DNA from: Candidatus Aminicenantes bacterium
GTDB lineage: Bacteria > Acidobacteriota > Aminicenantia > Aminicenantales > UBA4085
Reading direction: 5' to 3'
Length of the DNA: 64,000 nucleotides
Assembly: GCA_963803915.1 (NCBI GenBank)
Contig: CAWDOL010000010.1
Span: 15,763 to 79,762, forward strand
Positions 18,102 through 28,676 of the stretch are shown here, piece by piece. The first letter of the stretch is position 1, and each line of letters starts with the position of its first letter. Made by a program: the position numbers and the translations under genes. The notes beneath the pieces were generated by a model. The model searched no databases and was not told where the DNA came from. It was given only the letters and a program-made list of their open reading frames with translations.

Positions 18102-18961
18102 ACCCGAGAACCAAGACGGCGCCCCGGGCCGGACTTCCCGCCAAGCTGGCGCGTCTACGGGCGATCCTGGACGATATGGGCTCCGTGATGGTGGCCTTCT
18201 CAGGGGGGGTGGACAGCACTCTTCTTCTTAAGGTCGCCTCCGACGTCCTCGGCCGCAAGGTGGAAGCCGTGACCGCCTCATCGCCCACCTATCCGGCGCG
18301 GGAGATCAAGGCCGCCCGGGCCCTGGCCCGCAAGCTCGGCGTGCGGCACACCGTCATCGGGACTTCGGAGATGGACAATCCCCAGTTTACGGCCAACCCG
18401 CCGCTGCGCTGCTACTATTGCAAGAAGGAGCTCATGGAGAGCATTCGCGGCTTGGCCGACGAGCGCGGGCTGGCCTCGGTCGTCGACGGACAGAATGCGG
18501 ACGACGTCGCGGACTTCCGGCCGGGAGCGCGGGCCGCGGCCGAGCTGGGCGTGCGCTCGCCGCTGCGGGAGGCGGCTCTGAGCAAGGCGGATATCCGGGC
18601 GCTTTCGAAACAAGCCGGCCTCCCGACCTGGAACCGCCCGTCGCTGGCCTGCCTGGCCTCGCGCTTTCCTTATCATACCCCCATCACCATGGAGGATCTG
18701 GGCCGGGTGGGCCGGGCGGAGGACGTCCTGCGGCGCATCGGATTCGGCCAGCTTCGTGTACGCCACCACGGGACGATCGCCCGAATCGAAATCCCAACGA
18801 CGGAGTTTGACCGGCTGCTCGCGCCCAAGGTCCGTAGCCGGATCGAAAAAGCCCTGAAGAAGCTCGGCTATCTTTATGTCACGCTTGACCTGGGGGGATA
18901 CCGGACGGGAAGCATGAACGAGGGACTCGACCGGGCAACCCGGCAATCAGCCCCCCGGTAG
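18098..18961 (+). CDS. larE: PP-loop ATP-dependent sulfur transferase, LarE family
   Basis: ATG 18098 in an ATGA overlap with the ispG stop. PP-loop AFSGGVDST, LACLASRFPY (position of the LarE sacrificial Cys) and LRVRHHGTIARIE. Confidence 0.75.
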   Translation: MNPRTKTAPRAGLPAKLARLRAILDDMGSVMVAFSGGVDSTLLLKVASDVLGRKVEAVTASSPTYPAREIKAARALARKLGVRHTVIGTSEMDNPQFTANPPLRCYYCKKELMESIRGLADERGLASVVDGQNADDVADFRPGARAAAELGVRSPLREAALSKADIRALSKQAGLPTWNRPSLACLASRFPYHTPITMEDLGRVGRAEDVLRRIGFGQLRVRHHGTIARIEIPTTEFDRLLAPKVRSRIEKALKKLGYLYVTLDLGGYRTGSMNEGLDRATRQSAPR

Positions 18962-19117
18962 CGTTCCGCCCGCGGCGTGCCGTCGAGACTTTTGCGCCGG
19001 TCGGCGCCATTACCCAAGCCCTGAAATCGGAGTACGCGACGCAAATGTAAGAGCTGAGGGCGAACCAAGCCCTCGTTCGTGCGGGCGGGGGGAAAGGGGA
19101 AAAAGAACACGCCGCCG

Positions 19118-19146
19118 CCCCTCCCTCCCCGATAGGGGAGGGAGGG
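19118..19146. terminator. GC-rich hairpin between convergent larE and exbD (CCCCTCCCTCCCC-GATA-GGGGAGGGAGGG)
   Basis: A perfect 12-bp stem read directly from the sequence. There is a weak T-run on the minus-strand side only (…GTTCTTTTTCC), so it may be a bidirectional terminator. Confidence 0.5.
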
Positions 19147-19173
19147 ACGACGGTTTCGAGCCTTCGGGAAGGG

Positions 19174-19597
19174 TTATCCCTTCTCGGTACGCTTGTCGGT
19201 GATGATGGCGATATTCTCGATCCCGGCCGCGCGGATCTTCTCGTAGAGGTCGATCAGCACGCCGTATTCCAGGTCGCCGTCCGCCTTGAGATAGAGCTTC
19301 TTTTCGGGGACGGTCAGGAAGGCCTCTTCCAGCATGCCCTGCAGGGCCTCCTGGTTGGTGATCTTTTCCTGGTTCAGGTAGATCGTGCCGTCCTTCTTGA
19401 GGTAGACGACCACTTCGGGGTTTTCCGGCATGTTCGCGGTGTTCATGGCCGCGGGCAGCCGAACGTCGACGCCTTTCTGGACGAGGGGCGTGACGACCAT
19501 GAAGATGATCAGCAGGACGAGCAGAACATCGCACAGGGGAACGACGTTGGGCTCAGCCGTAGGCCCATTCGCCGCCCTTGCTGATGGAGATACTCAT
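19174..19597 (-). CDS. exbD: biopolymer transport protein ExbD/TolR; one frame change near 19560
   Basis: Track ORF 19174..19500 lacks the TM helix. Upstream, ATG 19597 gives MSISISKGGE..., and the next frame gives ...AEPNVVPLCDVLLVLLIIFMVVTP, which joins the ORF. Length mod 3 = 1. Confidence 0.8.
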
Positions 19598-19633
19598 GGC
19601 ATTGCCTCTAGACGCAAGCTCCCCGAGAGGGGA

Positions 19634-20312
19634 TTACTTGGCCTGCTTGCGGACGAAGAAGTCGATGACCTGAGAGGCCGTGTTGCTCATCTCGGCGTCA
19701 TAGACTTCGGTCTTGGTGTTGAGCAGGTTGTAGCACCACAGGGCGATGATGGCGACGCCGATTCCGAAGGCCGTCGTGACGAGGGCTTCGGCGATGCCGC
19801 GCGGCCACGGCGCCGATGCCGCCCGAGCCGGTCTCGGCCATGCCGCGGAAGGCATTGATGATGCCCGAGATCGTGCCGAACAGGCCGATGAAGGGGGCGG
19901 AGGTGGCGATCGTGGCCAGCAGGCTGCAGGCCGCGCCTCAGCTCCTGGTTGAAGATCGAGGCGGCGCGGTCGCAGCCGCGGGACGCGGTCTCGATCTGTT
20001 GTTCGAAGCCGATGCCGGCTTCCTTGCCGCTCAGGAATTCGGTGATGCCGGCGGCGGTGACGCGGGCCAGGTGGCTGGCTCTTGTATTCCTTTTTACCGG
20101 CGAGGGCCAGGGCTTCCTTGATCTGGCCGGCCTTGAGCAGCTCGGCCAGCTTGGGGGCCACAGCGCGGGACGTGGCGTGGGCCTTGCGGAAGAACAGATG
20201 CCGCTCGATGAAGAAATAAAGGGACAGGATGGACAGTGCGATCAGAAGGAATAGAAACCGCTTTGGCAACGGCGCCCATTGCCTGCCACATTTCTACGAG
20301 ACCAAATTGCAT
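19634..20312 (-). pseudogene. exbB: MotA/TolQ/ExbB proton channel, interrupted by four +1 frame changes
   Basis: AAAGGAGG RBS and ATG 20312 (MQFGLVEMWQAMGAVAK). I re-read the minus strand and found extra bases near 20262, 20077, 19926 and 19800. Removing them gives a continuous ...FLLIALSILSLYFFIERHLFFRKA...HLARVTAAGITEFLSGKEAG...LLATIATSAPFIGLFGTISGIINAF...GIAEALVTTAFGIGVAIIALW... The length is 679 = 675 + 4. Confidence 0.85.
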
Positions 20313-20360
20313 CGACGTACCTCCTTTAAGATTTATCGAAAGCTGTAAGCTTCTCGGGTC

Positions 20361-21143
20361 TTACTTCAAGGTGAAGCGGACGGTGACGGTGAAGATGACG
20401 CCGCGGGGCCGGCCGTTGATGATCATCGGCTCGTAGACCCACTGCCGGACCGCATCCGTGGCCGCCTGGTCCAGCAGGGGGATGGAGCGGAGGATCTTGA
20501 TCGTCTGGACCCGGCCGTAGATGTCGGTCTGGGCCTCGAGGATGACGATCCCCTCCACCCGCGCCTGGCGGGCGATCTCGGGATAGAGCGGGCGCGACTT
20601 CCTTGATCAGGCTTGGGGGCGCGGATCTCGCCGATGGCCCGCACGGGGGCCTCGACTTCTCCGACGACGCCGCCCAGGACGCCGCCGACGACGCCGCCGA
20701 GGACGCCGCCGATGACGCCGCCCTCAACGCCGCCCTCGACGCCGCCCTCGATGCCGATGTCGGAGATCTGCTCTTCGGCGATCTGGTCGGGGATCTCGAC
20801 GGGGGCGACGAGCTTGCCGGCCTCGAACGAGGTCTGGGCCTGGACGGGCTTGATCCGCTTGGCCGTGGTGCTGGCCGCCTTCTTGGCCGGCGGCGGCGGC
20901 GGGAGGCGGAGGCGGCGGCGGGGGCGCCAGGAAGGCGCTGGTGATTTCGATCTTGGGCAGGTTGCCGGCCGACATCAACGGGATGACGACCAGCGCGACG
21001 ACCAGCGCGGCGTGGAAGAGAAAGGCGATGGGGAAGGCGAAAGCCCTCCGAGCACCGCCCTTTTCGGCGACGATGATCGAATCGCTGAAAATCTCGGGAA
21101 TCGCTTCCTTCGTTGAGGAACCCGGCTTCTTCACTTCAGCCAT
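20361..21143 (-). pseudogene. tonB: TonB energy transducer, three frame changes
   Basis: N-terminal TM plus poly-Pro in track ORF 20724..21155 (MAEVKK... start 21143). The middle part (PAKKAASTT...GIEGGVEGGVEGGVIGGVLGGVVGGVLGGVVG...VRAIGEIRAPK) is in a second frame. LIKEVAP is in a third frame. The TonB C-terminal domain is in ORF 20361..20558 (...LYPEIARQARVEGIVILEAQTDIYGRV...). Shifts lie near 20890, 20612 and 20590. Confidence 0.8.
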
Positions 21144-21158
21144 GTCAGACCTCATATG

Positions 21159-22409
21159 TTAGGGTGATGATGTACCGAGACAGACGAAAAGTATAATGGA
21201 AAACCAGTCGTTTGACAAGTCTCCGGCCATAACATTTATTTCCGTCCGGCCGACTTGGCCGGGAACCACTTGGTCCACCACAGACACGATCGGACAGCTC
21301 AGGTAGATCGTCGAGTAGATGCCCTCGATCGTCCCGATCAGCATCAGGAAGGCGAAGTCGTTGATGACCTTGCCGCCGAACAGGAACAGCGACAGGACGG
21401 TCAGGAAGACGGTGCCCGAGGTGATGAAGGTCCGGCCCAGCATCTGGTTGAGGCTCAGGTTCATGACGGCCTCGAGGGGCAGCTTGCGGTACAGCTTCTG
21501 GTTCTCGCGGATGCGGTCGAAGATGACGATGGTGTCGTTGATGGAGAACCCGACGATGGTCAGGATGCCGGCGATGATCGGCAGGTTGATCTCGCGGCTG
21601 GTGAAGGAGTAGAGGCTCATCGTGATCAGGACGTCCTGGAACAGGGTGAAGATGGCGGAGACGCCGTTGGCCAGCTTGAAGCGCAGGGCGATGTAGACGA
21701 GCATGGCCAGGAGCGACCAGATCGAGGCCTGCACGGCCTTGCGGCGCAGGTCGGCGCCGACCTGGGGGCCGACGCTTTCGCGGCTGACGACGGTCATCTT
21801 GCCCAGAAAGGTCTTGCCTTTGAGGAAGGTCACGACATCGGCCGGCACCTGGGCTTTCTCAAGCTCGGCGTAGTCGGCGATGATACCTTCGCTCGTCTTG
21901 CGCAGGTCGAAGATCTGCTCGGCCAGGCCTTGGCCCTTCTCCGGGAAGGCGGGCTCGAGCAGGGCGGCCATGCTCCTGAGGTCGAGGGCGTTGAGGTCCT
22001 GCAGGCCCTGGGCCTTCTCGGCCTGGCCGTCGTCGCCGCGCAGGAAGGTGATGATTTTGTTGCTTAACGCCTCGTGGCTCTCGGCGTCGGCGACGCCCGC
22101 CTTGGTGTTGGTCACCTCGACGCTGCGGATCTGGAAGGAGCGGCCGCTGTCGCCCTTTTGGTCCGTCAGCTGAATCGAGCTTCCGCCCAGGCCGATGGCG
22201 GCCAGCTGGTTGCGGATGTCGGCGACCTTCATGGGGGTCTTGAAGGCGACCCGGATCAGGGTGCCCTCGCCGAAGTCGACGCCGAGCTTGAGGCCCTTGA
22301 AGATGAAGATGTTCAGCATCCCTGCCGTGATGACGGCGAAGGTGATACCCAGGGCGATGAACTTGTACTTCATGAAGTTGACGGTGGGGGTTTTCTTGAA
22401 GATATCCAT
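21159..22409 (-). CDS. secF: protein-export membrane protein SecF (C-terminus uncertain; alternative stop at 21236)
   Basis: 416-aa track ORF with SecF TM blocks (INDTIVIFDRIREN). The last ~40 aa look non-native. Shifting one base near 21290 gives ...CPIVS-WWTKWFPAKSAGRK* with stop at 21236-21238, a typical SecF tail. Confidence 0.88.
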   Translation of the reverse strand: MDIFKKTPTVNFMKYKFIALGITFAVITAGMLNIFIFKGLKLGVDFGEGTLIRVAFKTPMKVADIRNQLAAIGLGGSSIQLTDQKGDSGRSFQIRSVEVTNTKAGVADAESHEALSNKIITFLRGDDGQAEKAQGLQDLNALDLRSMAALLEPAFPEKGQGLAEQIFDLRKTSEGIIADYAELEKAQVPADVVTFLKGKTFLGKMTVVSRESVGPQVGADLRRKAVQASIWSLLAMLVYIALRFKLANGVSAIFTLFQDVLITMSLYSFTSREINLPIIAGILTIVGFSINDTIVIFDRIRENQKLYRKLPLEAVMNLSLNQMLGRTFITSGTVFLTVLSLFLFGGKVINDFAFLMLIGTIEGIYSTIYLSCPIVSVVDQVVPGQVGRTEINVMAGDLSNDWFSIILFVCLGTSSP

Positions 22410-22410
22410 G

Positions 22411-23947
22411 TCAGATGCTCAAAGTTTTGGCGGTCTTGGGGACGAACAAATCGAACATCACCCGGGAGACGAAGACGGCCGAGAACAGGTTGGCCGTCAG
22501 AGCGATGGTCAGGGTGACGGCGTAGCCGCGGATCGGCCCGGTGCCGAACTGGAACAGGAAGATGGCCGAGATGATCGTGGTCAGGTTGGAGTCGAAGATG
22601 GCCGTGAAGGCCTTGCTGAACCCGGCCGAGATCGAAGAGCCGACGCTCTTGGCGATGGCCCGCTCCTCCTTGATCCGCTCGAAGATCAGGACGTTGGCGT
22701 CCACCGCCATACCGATCGAGAGGATGATGCCGGCGATGCCGGGCAGGGTCAGGTTGGCCTTGAAATAGGCCAGGGCCCCGAGCAGCACCACGACGTTCAG
22801 GATGAGGGCCACGATGGCGTTGATCCCGGACATCTTGTAGTAGACGAGCATGAAGATCATGACCGCCAGGATGGCGACCAAGCCGGCGAAAAGGCCCTGT
22901 CGGACCGAATCCGAGCCGAGAGAGGCGGAAATCGTCCGTTCCTCGAGGTAGTTGATCCCGGCCGGAAGCGCGCCGGCCTTGAGGATGATGACCAGGTCTT
23001 CGGCCTCCTGGGCCGTGAAGCGGCCTTGGATGATCCCGCTGTCGCCGATGCGGGCGTTGATCTGGGGGGCCGACTGGACCTTGTCGTCCAGGACGATGGC
23101 CAGGTAGCCGTTGATGTTGGCCGCGGTGACCTGCTCGAAGCGACGGGCGCCCTCGGCTGTTAAGCTGGAAGGCGACGGCCGGGTTGTTCCACTCGTCCTG
23201 CGACTGGCGGACCGAGCGCAGGTCCTGGCCGGAGACGGCGGCGACCTTTTCCAGGAGGTAGAGCCCCGGGTGGCCCTTGCTGGCGTCGCCGCGGACCACT
23301 TCGCAGTCCTCGGGGACGACGCCATTGAACGGCTGCAGCAGAGTGGCCTCGTCGGCGGCCGGGCCGCCCTTGACCAGCCGCCACTTCAGCACGGCGGTGA
23401 CCTTGATCAGGTCCTTGACGCGGTCGGGGTTGTCCACACCGGGCAGCTCGACCACGATCCGGTCCAGGCCCTGCTTCTGGATGACCGGCTCCGCGACGCC
23501 GAACTGGTCGATGCGGTTGCGGATGGTCTCCAGAGTCTGGACGACGGCCTGGTCGCGCAGGATCTGGGCCGTGGCCGGGTTAAGGGCGAAGATGACCCGG
23601 TCGGCCAAAAAGGATATGGTCCAGTCGCGGGTGTACTGGTCGACCAGATCCTTGATCTTGCCTTCCTGGTTGGCGTCCGTACCGGTGAAGGCGAAGCGCC
23701 CGGGCTTCTCCTTGACGCCGGTCCCGAAGGTGACGTCGTTCTTCTTGAACAGATCGCCGAAGCGGGTGATTTCCTGGTCGGTCTCGGCCGAGATGGCGTC
23801 CTCGGTCTTGACCTGGAGGAGCAGGTGGATGCCGCCCTTGAGGTCCAGGCCCAGCTTGATCTTGTCGCCCAGCGGGGTCGCCAGGAAGATGCACAGGCCG
23901 ACGACGGCCACGATAAGGAGTGCTTTCCAGCGGAGTCCTTTCTTCAT
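22411..23947 (-). CDS. secD: protein-export membrane protein SecD; one +1 frame change near 23152
   Basis: N-terminal half in the frame of track ORF 22370..23947 (MKKGLRWKALLIV...NNPAVAFQL). C-terminal half in the frame of ORF 22411..23325 (AEGARRFEQVTAANINGYLAIVLDD...AVDANVLIFERIKEE...). Length mod 3 = 1. Confidence 0.88.
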
Positions 23948-24032
23948 CGGATCTCTCTTTCCAAGGTTTCTACCTTTTTATTCTAAGGGCCGTGCCCGTC
24001 GGGATCGGCCCTCGATCGTCCTCGAGCCCGGG

Positions 24033-25528
<1,496 letters not shown>

Positions 25529-25630
25529 TTAACCCGTAAGATACCCCGGGCTAAAGCCCGCCCTCACTCGCTTCGCGATTGAGGACTGCAAAGCCTGGGG
25601 TCTATTCAGGGTAATACTGAGCGGCGCCTT

Positions 25631-25656
25631 AACCCCGATTTGAAAATCGGGGTTTT
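25631..25656 (+). terminator. near-perfect palindrome AACCCCGATTT-GA-AAATCGGGGTT followed by TTTTG (terminator-like on the + strand)
   Basis: Read directly from the sequence. It lies in the 380-bp tgt/lepB divergent spacer with no annotated + strand gene upstream. A TATAAT hexamer follows at 25669-25674. Confidence 0.35.
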
Positions 25657-25892
25657 GCGCCGCGAACGTATAATAAAGGATGGGGCCGGGGAGGACAGCC
25701 GCCTCGGCGGAGCAGGGGTAACCGAACAGCGTCAGGTTCATGGCAAATCCGGTCCATTTAAACATACCCTCGACGTCAATTCAACGACGAGAACGGCCGA
25801 AACGCACGCGGGAATCGCGGTCCGCGCGGCGACGTCCTTGATGTGGCCGGGCTTTTCGGATATCCTGTCCCTTCTTTACCATAGGATCCGAC

Positions 25893-26621
25893 ATGACTGA
25901 ACAACCCGACGCGTGCCAGGCCGAGGCCAAGAAGAAGAAGCGCGAGAAGAGTGTCGCCCGCGAGTATTTCGAGCTCATCGCCGAGACCGCGGTCTTCGTC
26001 TTCTTCGTCATGACCTTCGTCGTCCAGGCCTTCCAGATCCCGACCGGCTCGATGGAGCCGACGCTGCTCGTGGGCGACTTCCTGCTGGTCAATAAGCTGG
26101 TCTACACCAACACCGACAACGCCCTCGACAAGCTGGTCCTGCCCCGCCGGTCCGTCCGGCGGCAGGACATCGTCGTCTTCAAGTACCCCAACGAGCTGAA
26201 CAAGGACTTCGTCAAGCGGGTCATCGGCCTGCCGGGGGAGACGATCGAGATCAAGGCCAAGCAGGTCTCGATCAACGGCCAGCCGCTGGAGGAGCCGTAC
26301 AAGGTCCACAACGACGGCCAGGTCATCGGCAAGAACGATTACTACCAGTACAGCGACTCGATCCGCGACAACTACGGCCCGGTCACGGTCCCCGAGGGCC
26401 ATCTCTTCGTCATGGGCGACAACCGGGACAACAGCGCCGATTCCCGCTACTGGGGCTTCCTGCCGCTGAGCTACCTCAAGGGCCGGCCCTGGCTGATCTA
26501 CTTCTCCTATCAGGCCGAGCGCGATGCCTATCTCAAGACGAGCATACGCGACCGGCTTAAAAAGATCGTCAGCTTCCTGCCCAAGGCGCGCTGGCGCCGA
26601 ATGTTTAAAATCATCCACTGA
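25893..26621 (+). CDS. lepB: signal peptidase I
   Basis: 242 aa; GSMEPTL (catalytic Ser), VKRVIGLPGE (Lys) and GDNRDNSADSRYWG blocks. Confidence 0.93.
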   Translation: MTEQPDACQAEAKKKKREKSVAREYFELIAETAVFVFFVMTFVVQAFQIPTGSMEPTLLVGDFLLVNKLVYTNTDNALDKLVLPRRSVRRQDIVVFKYPNELNKDFVKRVIGLPGETIEIKAKQVSINGQPLEEPYKVHNDGQVIGKNDYYQYSDSIRDNYGPVTVPEGHLFVMGDNRDNSADSRYWGFLPLSYLKGRPWLIYFSYQAERDAYLKTSIRDRLKKIVSFLPKARWRRMFKIIH

Positions 26622-26671
26622 TCCGAATTTCGTCCGAACCGAATGATATTCCCGGAGTCGGGAGATGGACC

Positions 26672-28339
26672 TTATTTATCGGCCGGCGGCGTGGCCGGCT
26701 TGATCTCCAACCCGTCGTATGAGGTGATGGTGAAAACCGGGTTGTCGTCCGTAAACTCGCGGCTGAACAGGGGGCCGCGCACGATGCCGTCCATGTCGCG
26801 CCCCACGGGCAGGCGCAGGTAATAGAGCAGGGTCGGCAGGACGTCGACGATCTTGATCGCGTCCGCGGCCTGGCCTTTCTCTACACCGCGGCCGAAGAGG
26901 AAGAAGGCTCCGTCCGGCGCCTGCTCGTGGTAGGCCGAGACATCCGGATTCCCCAGGGCCCATTCGACGATCCGCTTCCAGAACGGCAGGGGCTCCACAC
27001 CGTGGGTCGAGACCACGACCAGCAGCTCGTCCTCCTTCAGCGCGGCCATGGCCCGGCCGAGGATCTGGTCGTAGAACTGGTAGGTCTTGCGTATGACCGG
27101 GCCGAACCGCAGGATGTCCTCCTGCCGGATCTCGCCGAAGGCCTCGGGGACGCTGTACTTGTAGAAGAGGCTCTGGACCGGGTTCAACCCTTCCAGGAAG
27201 ACGGCGGTCAGACGGGGCTGCTGTCCGGCCTTGCCCAGGAAGGCCAGGTCCGCGGCCGCGTCGTCGGCCCGCAGGGCCTCGCGGACCGGGTCGAAAAGCC
27301 GGGAAGACTCGGACTCGTAGTCCTTGAAGATGACCTCGAACGGGGTGTCGGGGTGGGGGGGCGGAACCGTTGCGGTTTGGCCGGGGATCGGCTTTGAGGC
27401 ATCGAGGACGGACAAGCCGGCTTCCGCGGCGATCGTCCAAAGATCCTTGACCCTGGCCGCGGCGGCGCGGGATTCGATCGACAACAGCCCGAGCCTGGTC
27501 ATCTGGCGGAAGAGGATAAAGCGGGGCACGACTTCGAGCCGGCGGGGGAGTCCGGGCAGGGAGTAGACGACGTCGGAGATCTGGCCGTGCTTGGCCGGCG
27601 TCTTGCCGCTGAGCAGAGTCCGGCGCAGGACGAAGGGATCGTTGGGCGTGAAGCCCTCGACCCGGCCCCAGGCCCCGTTTTCCGTAAGGGCGGTGAAGTT
27701 CGGCAGGACGCCGTCGGTCATCAGCGGCTGGATGAAGTCGAGGCTCAGGCCGTCGATCCCGATCAGGGTGACGCGGCGGGTCGTCTCGGTCGGATAATAG
27801 GAACCCGTGCGTCGGGCCGGGCCGGGGGGCTCGACCGACCAGCGCTTGTAGACGGTCAACCCCAGAACGCAGGTCAGGACGGCAAAGTAGGCGATCCAGA
27901 CGACCTTTTGGGGCCGCCGGTGGCGGTAGACGTAGTTGGCCACCAGGCCGGCCACGGCGGTCGCGAAGAGGGCCATGATCTGGACGCGCAGGGCGGCCTG
28001 AGCGGGGCGGGAGAAAAACGAGGCGAAGTAGGCCGTGTTCTCGCGGAAGATGATCAAGGCCAGGAGCGTCAGGAGCGAGGTGCCCAGGATGAGGAAGGCC
28101 GGGCTGACGAAGCTGCGGACCTTGCCTCTTCCCGTCAGGAAGCGGAAAGCCGAGGACAGGGCGATGATCACGACGGTCAGGAGGAGGCCATAGGTCACGG
28201 CCAGCCAGCCGGTCAGGATCAGCAGGACGCGCGGCGTCACGGTCAGGTTGATGTTGAGGTCGACGACCAGGACGGCCAGCAGGACGGCGAAGAGCAGCAC
28301 GCACAGCAGGGCGTTGCTCAGGGTTCGTAAAAAGGCCAT
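26672..28339 (-). CDS. polytopic membrane protein with an extracytoplasmic alkaline-phosphatase-superfamily (NPP-like) domain
   Basis: 555 aa. About 5 N-terminal TM helices, then VTLIGIDGLSLDF, VVVSTHGVEP and DVLPTLLYYLRLP blocks typical of the NPP/AP fold. Confidence 0.7.
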   Translation of the reverse strand: MAFLRTLSNALLCVLLFAVLLAVLVVDLNINLTVTPRVLLILTGWLAVTYGLLLTVVIIALSSAFRFLTGRGKVRSFVSPAFLILGTSLLTLLALIIFRENTAYFASFFSRPAQAALRVQIMALFATAVAGLVANYVYRHRRPQKVVWIAYFAVLTCVLGLTVYKRWSVEPPGPARRTGSYYPTETTRRVTLIGIDGLSLDFIQPLMTDGVLPNFTALTENGAWGRVEGFTPNDPFVLRRTLLSGKTPAKHGQISDVVYSLPGLPRRLEVVPRFILFRQMTRLGLLSIESRAAAARVKDLWTIAAEAGLSVLDASKPIPGQTATVPPPHPDTPFEVIFKDYESESSRLFDPVREALRADDAAADLAFLGKAGQQPRLTAVFLEGLNPVQSLFYKYSVPEAFGEIRQEDILRFGPVIRKTYQFYDQILGRAMAALKEDELLVVVSTHGVEPLPFWKRIVEWALGNPDVSAYHEQAPDGAFFLFGRGVEKGQAADAIKIVDVLPTLLYYLRLPVGRDMDGIVRGPLFSREFTDDNPVFTITSYDGLEIKPATPPADK

Positions 28340-28382
28340 GGCGGCCTCACGTTAGCACGAAAATTCCGGCCTCACAAGAGCA

Positions 28383-28601
28383 AGCTCGGGGGCTGCGGTT
28401 CGCTCTGGCGGAAATTTTTGCGCCGTGGCGTCTCGTTTTACTCGGCGGCTCGGAACTCGCTTCCCGTGCTCGATTTAACGGATTTGGCCCGGGAAGCTCA
28501 AACATCCTCGCCGGCCCGCTTCTTTCCGAGCGGGCTACCCTCATAAAACGAGAACACGCGGCGAAATTTCCGCATCGGCGCTCACCGCAACACCCCTCGC
28601 T
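28383..28601. repeat. MITE-like intergenic repeat, copy B
   Basis: Same orientation and architecture as 7760..7977. Arms GCGGAAATTTTTGCGCCGTGGCGTCTCGTTTTACTCG / CATAAAACGAGAACACGCGGCGAAATTTCCGC. Internal hairpin GCCCGCT-TCTTTCC-GAGCGGGC. Confidence 0.75.
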
Positions 28602-28676
28602 TCCAGTCTCCAATCCTCAACCCCGAGAAGCTGAAGCCAGAGCCAGCCTTGGTCTGATATGATAAAATAGGTCGAC

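Noticed and set aside
18985-19070. Possible third, shorter copy of the MITE-like repeat (contains TTTTGCGCCGGTCGGCGCC and the reverse complement of GGTTCGCCCTC).
   Set aside because: The similarity is patchy, the arm order is inconsistent with the two clear copies, and there is no central hairpin. It is too weak to call without an alignment tool.
20640-20770. GGCGTC/GGCGGC-rich periodic tract.
   Set aside because: On the minus strand it encodes the (GGV)n linker of TonB (GIEGGVEGGVEGGVIGGVLGGVVGGVLGGVVG). It is a low-complexity coding region, not a regulatory repeat.
25529-25765. 78-aa minus-strand ORF in the tgt/lepB spacer.
   Set aside because: It has no RBS, odd composition and no recognisable motif, and it spans the palindrome. 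It is more likely non-coding spacer.
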